Below are positions 9,901 to 21,900 of a stretch of 64,000 nucleotides of DNA, piece by piece (positions within the stretch are counted from its first letter, which is position 1; each line of letters opens with the position of its first letter). The position numbers were made by a program, and so were the translations under genes. The notes below the pieces were generated by a model that had not been told where the DNA came from, made no database searches, and worked only from the letters and a program-made list of their open reading frames with translations. Source of the DNA: Candidatus Multivoradales bacterium (GTDB lineage Bacteria > Acidobacteriota > Thermoanaerobaculia > Multivoradales > J023); contig CBDFLE010000005.1 of the NCBI GenBank assembly GCA_965248925.1, positions 2,293,354 to 2,357,353 of the forward strand, in the 5' to 3' direction.

Positions 9901-12900
9901 CCTCAGCGTGGCATCGCTCGACCTGAGCTTCGACCCGGAACCGGCCCTCGCCGGCGCACCGCTACAGCTGTCGATTCTGCTGCGCAACACCGGCGGCACC
10001 GCCCTGAGCAATGTGGCGGTCGCTTTCTGGGACGGCCATCCGCAGCAGGGAGGCAGCCGCATCACCGAGACGACGGTCGCCGCCCTGGCCGCTGGCGACC
10101 AAGCCCTAGTCAGCGCCAGCTGGATGGTCAGCGGCGACCAAGATCGACTGATCTATGCCACCGCCGACCCGGATGATGCGGTGGCCGAAATCGACGAGAG
10201 CGACAATCTCGCCTTCCGTCCACTGAGCGTTCTCGGTCTGCCCGACCTGGTGCTCTCGGACGCCGCCCTGAGCCTCACTCCCCCCTTCCCGACACCGGGG
10301 GAGACGGCCTTGCTCAGCGCCCGGATCAGCAACCTCGGCGAGCGCCCCGCCGGTCCTTTTGCGGTTCGTGCTCTGCGTCTCGACGCGGCCGGCAACGAAG
10401 TGCTGATCGGTGAGCAGAGCCTCAGCATTGCCGCCTTCGACGAGGACTCGGTGAGCTTCTCCCTGACCCTGCCCGCGGACGATCAACCCGGACTGCTGCG
10501 GATCATCGCCGACGTCTTGGACGAGGTGGTCGAAGGCCACGAGGACAACAACCAAGCCAGCTTGGCTTTCGCCGTTCAAGGCAGCGATTTCTTCGTCAGC
10601 GAGCGCTATTTCTCGCCCGACGGCGACGGTCTGCAAGACAGCACCCGACTGTTCTTCCGCCTACCGGCGGCGGCCGATGTCGACCTGGTGGTGCGCAACC
10701 TCGAGGGGGCCGCGATCCGCCGCTTCGAACATGTGCTAGCGAACGGCGCTAGCAGCGGCGAGACGCTGTGGGACGGCCGCGACGATCAAGGGCGCTTGGC
10801 GATCGATGGCGACTACCGGCTGACCATCGAGTCGCATCCCGAGGGCGAGACGCTGGGCGAGGTGCTGGGCACGGCGCTGGTCAGTCTCGACACCAACCAC
10901 TCCAGCTCTCGCCTGGCTTTGGGTAGCGAGTTCGCTCGCTTCACCCGCTTCACTTGCGAACTCTACGAAGCGCAGCGTTTTGAGCTCAGCGACGACGAAC
11001 GTTGGCTCTACTTCCAGGCCCTCGACGACACCTTCCAACCCGGCCTTTACCGGGCTCGGCCCAGCGGTCCAGGGGTGCCACAAGAGGTCTTGCGCGGTCG
11101 CTTAACCGACTTCGCGGTTTCCGCCAACGCCAGCCGGCTGGCCTTCTCGCCCGATCTGGCATTCGGCGATTTTGAAGATGTCTTCCTGGCCGCTGGCGAT
11201 GGCAGCTCCGCCAGCTTGGCGCGTCCCGCCAGCCGGGTGCTGGCGTTCGACTACCTCGACCGCCTGTTGCTGTTGCACCGCGCCGGCAACGACCACTTAG
11301 AAGCCCTGCCGCGAGGCGGCGGCTTGCCCATCGAGCTGGCCTCTTGGCCGGCCACCGAAGACTGGCGCTACGCCCTGTCGAGGGATCGCCAGAGCTTGGC
11401 GATCCTGCTCGATGGCAGCGAAATGCGCCTCTTCGACCTGCTCAGTGGCACTACGGCGACGCTCACTATCCCCGGCGCTAGTGATCCCTTCACCCTGCCT
11501 AGAGACGGTGGCGATCACGCTGTCATGCGCTGGTCCCCGGACGGCAGCCTGCTGGCCATCGCCGATGAGGACGGCGAACAGTTGCACCTGCTGGATCAGG
11601 GCGGCACCCTGCTGCACAGCGTGCCGTTAGCCGCGGCTGACTATCCCGCGGCGTTGCAGGACCTCGACGAATTCAGCCCCCAGGACTATGCCAACGCGAA
11701 CTTGCGAGCTGTGCGACCGATCGAATGGAACAGCCGCGGTGACCAGCTTGCGGTGCTGCTGATCTTCAGCGGCAATGGCATTGACTTCTTCGCCGTGATG
11801 ACGGTCGACGCCAGCACCGGCAGCGCCGCCGCAGCAGCTTGGTCGGCAGCGGTCGAGACCGCGCCGGTCATGTCGCCGGTGATCCTCGGCAAGGCTCTCG
11901 GCGAACCCAGCGAGCTGTTGCCCTTCGAAAGCGGGCAGATTCCCTCGCGCATCGAATGGTGGCACCCTGACGAGCAGCTGTTGCTCTATGGCCCGCAGGG
12001 CATCGAGCTACGGCCGGGGCTACCCTTGGATCGGGTATTCGAGGATTTCGACGACTTCAGCCCCCTGGCTTTTCTGCCCAGTGGCCGCGGCCTGATCTTC
12101 TCTACAGTTGACGGCATCGACGATCCCGGCTGTTTTGGCGACGATGTGCCAGATCTGTGGTCCTTCTTCTCGCTACTGAATCTGTGGGTCGAACTCACCG
12201 TCGAGGCCAGCGAGCAGCTCGGCACTTTCCAGCTCAGTGGCACCGCCGCCGACCTTCACCTCGCCAATTGGCGCCTGGAATGGCGGCGCACTACCGAGCT
12301 CGAAGAGGTTTGGCGACCGATCGCCGCGCCGTCGTCGACCGCGGTGGTCGATCAGCCCTTGGCGCAGTGGATAGCACCGGGACCGGGACTCTACGAAGTC
12401 CGCTTGCTGGTCACCGACCTCGCCGGCAACCAACGCCAGGTGCGCCGCATGGTGGCCAACGCCGACACTCCGTCGATCGCCAATGTGCGGCTCGAACCGG
12501 CGGTGTTCTCCACCACCGGTGGGTCGACCCTGGCCAACCACACTGAAGTGATCTACGACGTCTTGCTGCCGGTCAACCTGCGTTTCGATATTTTCGACGT
12601 TTCAGGCACCTTCGTCACCACTCTCCTGCGAGACCACCCCACCGCTGGCTCGGGCTTCCGCCAGCTGTGGAACGGCACTGACTCCCTCGGCCGACCGGTG
12701 CCGGACGGCGGCTATATCATCCGCGTCGCCGGCCTCGAGTTGGCGGTAGAAATCGACTCGGCGACACCGCGGATCGAGCATGGCGCCACCCTGCGTACTG
12801 AGCGCCGGATCGAGGGCAGCTGCGGAGACTTGCTGCCCATCCAGGATCTGCAACCGCTGCGGCTGTTTGACTTCTTCGAACCCAACTTGGATACGACCTC

Positions 12901-15900
12901 CTTCGAGCACGGTGCCGGCGCCACGCCAGCAATCTGGCAACCGGTCGGCAGCGACCTGATCGACTGCTTCGCTAGTCAGACCTCGGATTTGCGGTGTCAG
13001 ATCAGCGTGCCCTCATTGACCGCAGCGACTAGCTATCGCGCCACCGCCACCGACCTGGCCGGCAACCGCTCGGTGGTGGTGTCGCCACCGAGGGTGCAAA
13101 CCGCCCTGCTGATCGAGAGGATCGATCCCCCTGCGGCCGGTCGCGACCGTCGGCTCGGCGGTCGCCTACAGCCGTTCTTCCCGCCCTCGCTGCCCGGCGA
13201 TCTGCTGCTGCATCAAGCTCAACTGCTGCGTCTGTTGGTTGCCGAATCGACCGCCGCGGCGCTGAATTCGATCAGCATCCAGTACCGTCCAATCAACGCG
13301 GCCGCTCCCTGGTTATCCCAGACGGTCGCCAGCTCAGCGCCCTTGGATGGTCGCTTCGAGGTAATTTGGGACGCCACCTTGGCCCTTCGCGGCGTGGAGT
13401 TGGAAGTGCGCCTGCGCGGCCTGGCCAGCGATGGCTCGGAACTGCTGTCGAATTCCTTCCCGCTGCTGCTCGACCCGGTCGAATCCCGCGGCCGACTGCG
13501 CCCCGCCGATCTCGAACCGACGGCCCCCCACGGCGAGTTGCTCAGTACTTTGCTGACCGAGGCCGCACTCGATCTTGACCATCAAAGCGTGCTCTGGGCG
13601 GTGGTTAAGAGTGATGATCCGACCCTCCGGCTGAGTGCCTCGATCTCCAGTCTCGACGACCCAGCCTTCGCCTCAAGCCAGGCCCTAGCGGTGGCCATCA
13701 GCGCTCAGGGGATCTACCTGCTGGTGCCGCGCCAGCCACTCGACGACGACTCCACTTATCTGCTGAGCTTCCGCCTCAGCCGCCCCCTGTCCTGCCCCGA
13801 CGGTGGCCTGCCGTTTTCCTTGGATTCCAGTCTGGGTTCCGCGCTGAGTGTGGAGATCGACAGTCGCTTCGAGGCCACCGACTGCGACCCTGCAGACGCC
13901 AGCTTGGAAATCTCGATGGTGCCTCGGGGCGGGGCGCTGGTCAGCCTGCGACTCGAACAGCGACTAGGCGACGAACTCAGCACGGTGTTCAGCATTCAGC
14001 AGCCGGAGGATGGCGAGACCTACCGTTTCACGCCCTCGTTGAGCCTGCCGCTGGAGCAAGCAGTGACTTTCATTGCCGCGGTCCAAGACGGCTCCGGCAT
14101 CCCTGCCTACGCCCAACTCGAGCTACCCGGCCAGCCTGCGCTGCCGCTTCTCGACCTCACCCAGCCCGGCGCCAGCCAGCGCCTGTGCGGCGGCGCCGAG
14201 ATCCCGCTGGCGGGCTCGATCGACAGCGAACTGCTTTTCGCCTACCGCCTGCAGCTGAGTCGCGACGGCGAATCGTTCTCAACCTTTCACGAAGTCACGC
14301 AGGCCACCAGCCTTGACAGTCTGCTAGCGATCTACGGCGACGCCGACGAAGAACCCTCCTTGGCCGCCGGCCCAGCCAGTTGGCGTTTGCAGGTGGTCGA
14401 TATTGGTGGCAATGTGGTTTGCGCCGAAGTCGCGACCGAGATCGTCGAACTTCAAGCGATGCCGCTGATCGCTCTCGACAACCCTTTGATCTCCCCCAAC
14501 GGCGATGGCCTCCTCGACCAGCTGACGGTGACCTACGACAGCGCTGATCCGGCCACCCTGAGCCTGGCGATTCGCGATCCGGCTGGCAATCTAGTGCGCC
14601 AGCTGGCCAGCAGCGTGGCCATCCAAGGCAGCGGCGCCTTGAGCTGGGATGGACATGACGCCTCAAACCAACTGGTGGCGGATGGGGTCTACACCGTGGC
14701 CGCCAACTTCGGCGGCCTGTGTGGCGATCTGCAAAGCCTGCTGCTAGCGGTGGAGGTCGACACCACGGCGCCAGAAGTCGCCATCGCCTTCCCCCGTCCG
14801 GGCGATCCCCTCGACACCCTGATCGAGATCTTCGGCAGCGCCATCGACCGAAATTTCTCGCAGTTCACTGTCGAGCGCAGCGCCACCGGCAGCGCGGTGT
14901 GGAGCCTGATCGACAGCGCTACCACGCCACGGCAAGACGGCCTGTTGGCAGTGTGGAATAGCTTCGGTCTGCAGGGTGCGCACAGCTTGCGTCTCAGCGC
15001 CAGCGACCGGGCCGGCAACCGGGCCAGCACTCAGGTCGACTTGTTCTTCGATCAGCGCCTGGAGCTGATCAGCGACCTCAGCGCGGTGCCCCGGCTGCTG
15101 TCGCCCAACGGCGATGGCCAACTCGACGCCAGCTCGATCGTCTTCGGCCTCAGCGCCGCGGCGCGGATCGACTTGCAAATCGTCAACAGCGACGGCGCGG
15201 TGCAGCTCGACTTGCTGAGCGCGGTCGAGCGCGGCGCCGGCACCCACCCCGCCCGCTGGACCGGTGAACTGGCCGGTGGCATCTTGGCCGACGACGGCGA
15301 CTACCGCCTGCGACTCACCGCCGCCCCTCTCGACCAGCCGTTGGCGCTGCAAGTCGAAGACCTCGTGCTGAGTGTCGATGCGAGCCCTCCGACCCTGGCT
15401 CTCAGCCAGCCCGGCGCGGGCAGCGTGGTGCGCGGCACCGCGGCCATCACCGGTTCGGTGACCGATCCTCACCTGCTGGCTTACCGGGTCGAACTGGCGA
15501 GCGGCGACGCCGGCCCGTGGAGTGTGCTGGCGACCGGCAGCGTCGAGCGGCTCGACTACGACTTCGCCCACCTCGCCAACGTGACCGAGGGTGGTTACTT
15601 CCTCCGTCTAGCGGCCGAGGACAGTGCCGCCAACGGCAGTTCGTTGCCAGTCGCCTTCACCGTCGACAACACACCGCCCGAAGTCAGCTGGCAGCTACCT
15701 GAGAACGGTGCGGTGTTGAGCGGGGTGAACGGCCCGCAGAACTTGCTCGGCAGCCTGGTGGAGCTGAACCTGGTGCAATACCGCATCGAATTCGGCGCCG
15801 GTTCCAACCCCGCCAGTTGGCTGCCGATTGCCTTCGGCACCGAAGTCAGCGGCAGCACCGTCAGCACGCCTTGGGACATCGCCGCCGTGGCCGATGGCCC

Positions 15901-18900
15901 CTACATCCTGCGCTTGCTGGCCGAAGATGGCGCCGGCTGGATCAGCGAGGCTCGGCGCTCGATAGAGATCGACAACAGCCCGCCGATGGTCGCCCTGACC
16001 GCTCCTGGCGATGGCGACTTCATCACCGAGCCAACGGCGATTCTCGGCACCGCCACCGACGCCCACCTGCTGGACTATCGCCTGGCGGTCGCCGCCGCCG
16101 GCAGCCAGGCATTCACCGAGGTCTTCGTCGGCCAACAAGCGGTGATGACTGGCCTGCTAGCCAACTGGGCGGCCCTGCCGCCGGACGGTCCCCACACCCT
16201 ACGGCTCAGCGCCACCGACCTGGCCGGCCAGCAAGCCAGCGTTGAGATCGAGGTCGAGATCGACCTCACCCCACCTCCACCGGTAGTGCTCAGCGGCGAG
16301 CTGCAGCAGAGCCGCGACGCCCACTTATCGTGGACCAGTTCGGCCGCCGCCGACTTGGCGGGCTATGAGATTCAGCGCGACGGCGTCGAGATCAGCGGCA
16401 GCCCGACCCAGACCACCCAACTGGTCGACGCCGCTCTCACCACCGGCAGCTACTTCTACACCGTGCGCGCCATCGACCACGCCGGTTTGCGCAGTCCTGC
16501 TTCGAACGAGGTCGAGCTGACCGTCGATATCGATCCGCCGCTGGCGGTGCTGTTGCGGCCGGCTGACGGGCAGCGGGTGCGCGGTCTGGTCGAGGTCCTC
16601 GGCAGCGCCCACAGCGCCCTCGACTTCGCCGAATATCGCCTGTCGATCGCCGAGGGTGATCTGAGCACCGGCGAGGGCAGCTGGCAGCTGCTAAGACGCT
16701 CACCGGTGCCGGTGCTGGCTGGCGACCTGGGCCAGTGGCAGGCGCCAACACTCAGCGACGCGACCTACACCCTGCGTCTCGAAGCCGAGGATCTGGTCGG
16801 CAACGTCGCCGACGTGCGCTTGCTGTTGACCGTCGACAACGCGCCGCCGGCCACCCCGACCGGCCTGGCCGCCAACGCCAACGGTGACGACGTCACCACC
16901 AGCTGGGATGCCAACATCGAGCCCGACCTGGCCGGCTATCTGCTCTACCGCGATGGCCAGCCGCTCGGCGACGGCAGCGACACCGGCGACTTCGGCAACC
17001 TCCTGATCGAGCCCAGCGGCAATCCCCTGGAGCTTTACCTCGATACCGACGTCGCCGACGCCGAGCACATCTACACGGTCGTGGCAATTGATCTGGCCGG
17101 CAATCTCAGTCCGCCCTCCGCCCCAGCGCATGTGGTGGTCGAGACCGGCCCACCGCGAGCGATCCTGGTCAGCCCCGAAGACGGCAGGGAGTTCGATCAG
17201 ACTCTATTCCTCGCCGCCATCGCCGAAGATGGCGACATCGCGCAAGTGCAATTCCAGCAGCGGGCGACCGGCGCAGCCATCTGGACCGATCTGTCGATCG
17301 ATCTGACGCCGCCCTGGGAGGCCACTTGGGACCCCGGCATCCTGCCTTTCGGCGGCTACCAGCTGCGCGCCTTGGCGACTGACTTTGGTGCTCGCGGCGA
17401 TGCCAATCCGCCGTCCTTGTCCGTCACCTACCGTGATCTCACCGCCCCGGCGGCGGTCGATGGCCTGACTCTGGTGGCGGTCGATGGCGGCCAGGTCGAG
17501 CTGAGTTGGAATGCCAACACCAGCGACCCAGACCTCGCTGGCTACCGGGTCTTCCGCGCCGTGTCGAGCGAGTCACCAACGGCGCTCAACAGCAACCCGA
17601 TCAGCGCCACCACCTACACCGACAACGGCCTCGCCGACAGCCGCTATGACTACACGGTGCGGGCTGTGGACGACCAAGGCAATGTCTCGTTGGCCTCGAA
17701 TTCGGTCGACGCACTGATCTACACGCCAACCCTCGACCCACTGCTATCACCCACGCCGGAGAGTTCGCTCGACGCCACCGGCACCACCCCAGTGGCCGGC
17801 GCCAGCATCGAAGCAGTCCTGGTCGGCCCGGCCGGCAGCCAGACCTTGGCGGCCGTACTGGCCGACGCCGCCGGTGTCTTCGTGCTGCCGGCGGTCAGCC
17901 TGCAAGCGGGCGATCAAACCCTAACCGTGCGCAGCCGCAGTGGCGTGGTGCTGAGCAAGCCGGCCAGTCAAGGGGTGATCTCGGCTCCACCCCCGGCCGC
18001 CCCCAGCGGCTTGGCAGCGGTGGTCACCGGCCAGCAAGTAGAGCTGTCGTGGAACGCCAACAGCGAGCCCGACCTGCTGGGCTATCACTTGCTGCGCGAC
18101 GATCTGCGGCTGACCGAACCGGCGCTGACCAATCCCGACTACAACGAGAGCTTGGCCGACGGCACTTACGGCTACCGGGTCCAGGCGGTCAACATCCACG
18201 GCTTCGAAAGTCCGCTCTCAGCACTGCTCGAGGTCGAGGTCGGCGACGGCCTGGCCCCCGAACCGGTGGTGCTCTCAGGGCAGGCCGAGGGCTCCGACGT
18301 GGTGCTCACCTGGAGCGCCAGCGCCAGCGGCGACGTGGCCCGCTACCGGGTCTTCCGTGACGGACTGGAGATTGGCTCCCACGCTGACCTCGGTGACCTC
18401 TCATACCGCGATCAGCAGCTGGCCAACGCCACCTACGTCTACCAAGTGGCGGCGGTCGATGTCGGCAGCAACGTCAGCGAGCTGTCCAACCAGGTGGCGG
18501 TCACGGTAGCGATCGCGCCGCTAGCCGCGCCCGAGATCCTGGCGGTGAGCCCGCTGGCTGAGGGCGGAGTCTTGGCAGTGACTTGGCAAGCCGCCCCGGC
18601 GAGCAATCCTGCCACCTTCGAGCTGCGCCGCGCTACCCTCTCGGGCGGCCCCTACGCAACCCTGCAGCAGACTCCACTAACCAGCCACCAGGACCTGGAT
18701 CTGACCAGTGGATTGGAGTATTTCTACATCGTCGTCGCTTTCGACTCGCTGGGCAACCCCAGCCCCCCTTCGGCCGAGGCCAGCGGCATCCCCGGCGCCC
18801 TGGGCCCGTTGGCACCGCCGGTGTTCAGTGAGCCCGGCAGTGCTGCCCAACCCCATCTCACCGACCAGCTGGTGATCACCGTCGGCGGCCGCACCGAGTC

Positions 18901-21900
18901 CGGCGCCGTGGTCACCGTGCTGCACGACGGCACCGAGATCGGCCAAGCCAGCACTACCGAACAGTCGCAAGCCGTCCCCGGTCCCGGTGCCGAGTTGAGT
19001 TTCAACCCGTCAGCCGATGGCCGTTGGGCGATCGTCTACAACCCCTTCGGTGTGGGGCTCTACGACTTCAACAGCGACAGCGAAACGGCCATCCTGGGCC
19101 TCGATCCACCGCTGAGTTTCTTCGCCGACAGCAGCGCGGCGGTGTTTGCCAATCGCGGCGCGATCAGTCGCTACTCGCTGAGCGACGGCAGTGTCGAATT
19201 GCTGGCGACGATCGACAGCGCCAGTTTTGCCGTACCGTCGCCCGATGGCCAACGCCTAGCAGTGATCGGCACACAGCAAGGTCTGACCGGGCTGTGGATC
19301 TACGACTTAGACAGCGCCAACTGGACTCTGCTGATCGAGGGCTTCGGCTTCGACCTGCCCCAGTGGTCGCCCGACGGCGTGTGGCTCGCCTACCCACGCT
19401 TCTCCCAGGTCAACATCATCCAGGTGGCCAGTGCGGCGGCGCAGGTGGTCGATCCGGGCTTCAGCTCCAGCTTGCCGAGTTGGTCCCCCGATTCCCAGAC
19501 CCTGGCCTACAGTCTGTCCGGCAACCAGGACGAAGATCTGTGGCTCTTCCACCTCGCCACCGGCAGTCGCGAACCATTGCTCGAGGGTCCCCGCGATCAA
19601 ATCGAGCCGCGATTCTCTGCCGACGGCAGCGCCGTGGGCTACATCGACACCGACCGTGAGACTGAGATCGACGGCTCCCTCTTTCGTCTCGACCTGGCCA
19701 GCGGCAACAGCGAAGAGTTGTTCCACATCGGGCCGGACGCGGATGGTTACTTCAACTTCTCGATCACCCGCTTCTGGAGCTGGACACCGGCCGACGCCCT
19801 TTTTGTCGATGCCGATCTGACCCTCTACCGAATTGCCAGCGGCAGCCGCTTCACCCTGCTGGGGGTTGAGGTGGAGCCAGGCGACAATCTGTTCACCGCC
19901 GTCGCCGCCGATGACCTCGGCCGCATCAGCCAGCCCGCGGAGCCCATGCTGGTGACGGTGGTGATCGCCGATCGTCCAGACCTGGAAATCACCGCCTCCG
20001 ACTTGCACCTAGTGCCGGCGGTGGGCCGCATCGGCGAACCGCTGCGGCTGTCGGTGACAGTCCACAATCGTGGCGATCAGGCCGCGGCACCGAGCGAGCT
20101 GGCCTTGCTGCAACTGGGTGAGGACGGCAGCAGTGACCCCCTCGGCTCACCACTGACAGTGGCGGCGATAGCGGCTGGCGCCAGCAGCACGGTGCTGGTC
20201 GATCTGGGGCCATTCGCCGCCGCTGGTAGCTTCGAGATCCGTGCCGAGGTCGATCCCCAAGGTCTCCTGCCAGAGATTAGCGAGGCCAATAATCAGGCCA
20301 GCACCAACTTCCAAGTGCTGGCCGGTTCGGCGCCGCGGCTCACTGTCACTACCGACCGAGCGACCTACGGTGCCGCCACCGAGGTGGCGATCCGCAGCTC
20401 GGTGATTCAAGGCGGCGAACCGTGGAGCGGCGAGTTGCTGGTGAGCATCGAGGACCGCCAGGGATTCTTGGTCCAGGCTCTGGGCAGCACAGCGATCGAA
20501 GAGCTAGAAATCGGCGTCGAGTTACTGCTCGACAACCAGTGGAACTCCGCCAACACCTTCGCCGGCACCTACCAGGTGCACGGCCAGCTGATCGACAGCA
20601 GCGGCCAATTAGTGGCCGAAGATCTGGCCGAATTCGAACTCGACGAAGATCTCGAGTTGGCGACCGAGGTGATCACAGATCAACCCCACTACACCCTGGG
20701 CGAGACCGTTCAACTGACCGGCGGGCTGACCTACCTCAACGGCAACGCGGCGCTGACCGGCGCCACCGCCACTTTGCTGATCAAGAGTCCCGCAGGGGCC
20801 GTACTGCAACAGTGGACCGAACCCCTCGGCGTCTTGCTGCCGGGAGCGAGCAGCCAGTTAGTCAGGAATTGGCCGAGCAGCGGCAACCCCGGCCTACACA
20901 CCGCTCGCTTTGAGATTCACCGCGCGGAGACTCTCCTAAGCGCCAGCGAAACAACCTTCGAGCTGCTCGCCGAAGAGCCCCTCTTCGCCGAGTTGAACGC
21001 CACCAAGACCGTCGAATTGACCTTCGACGGCGATGGCGATGGCTTCGCCGATCCAGGCGACCGCCTGCGCTACCGCATCACCCTCTCCAATAGCGGCACC
21101 GGCCCGGCCACCGCGGTGCTGCTGGAAGATCCAATCCCCGCTCACACCGAGCTGGTGGCGGGCTCGGTGAGTGGCGCCGGCACCCTGCTGAGCAGCGATC
21201 CCTTGCGCGTCGACTTCGGCCAGATCGCCGCTGGCGCCAGCGGCGAGATCAACTTCGAAGTCACTGTCGACAATCCGCTGCCGGGCGGCGTTGAAGAGAT
21301 TGTCAATCAAGGCACGGTCAGCGCCGACGGCTTGGAAAGTCTGCCGACTGACGATCCGACCACCCCCGAGCCCCTCGATGCGACCCGCCTGCCGGTGCGC
21401 GCCGCCGCTGAGCTGGTGGTCAGCAAGATCGACATTCTGCAGCTAGACGCCGATGGCAATGGAGCCGCCAGCGCGGGCGATACTCTGCGCTGGGAGATTC
21501 ATATCGAGAACCACGGCAACGCCAACGCCGACCAGGTGGTGCTGCGTGACTTCGCTCCCCAGCACACCTCGATAGTTGTGGGTTCGGCCACCACCACCGG
21601 CGGTCAGATCGACAGCGAAGACCCGCTCCGGGTGAGCCTCGGCGCTCTGCCAGCAGGAGGGTCGGCGACGGTGAGCTTCGCCGCGATGATCGATTCGCAG
21701 CTGACCGACGAAGTACGAGAGGTCCTCAACCAAGCCACCGTATCGAGCACTTCCCTGCCGGTGGTCCTATCCGACGACCCCGACCTTGGCGGCGATGCCG
21801 ACCCGACCCTCACCCCGCTAGAACACGCCCCACGCCTGGTGGCCGAGAAAACCGTCTCTCTCGACGCCGCCGATAGCGATGGCCGAGCCGGCCCTGGCGA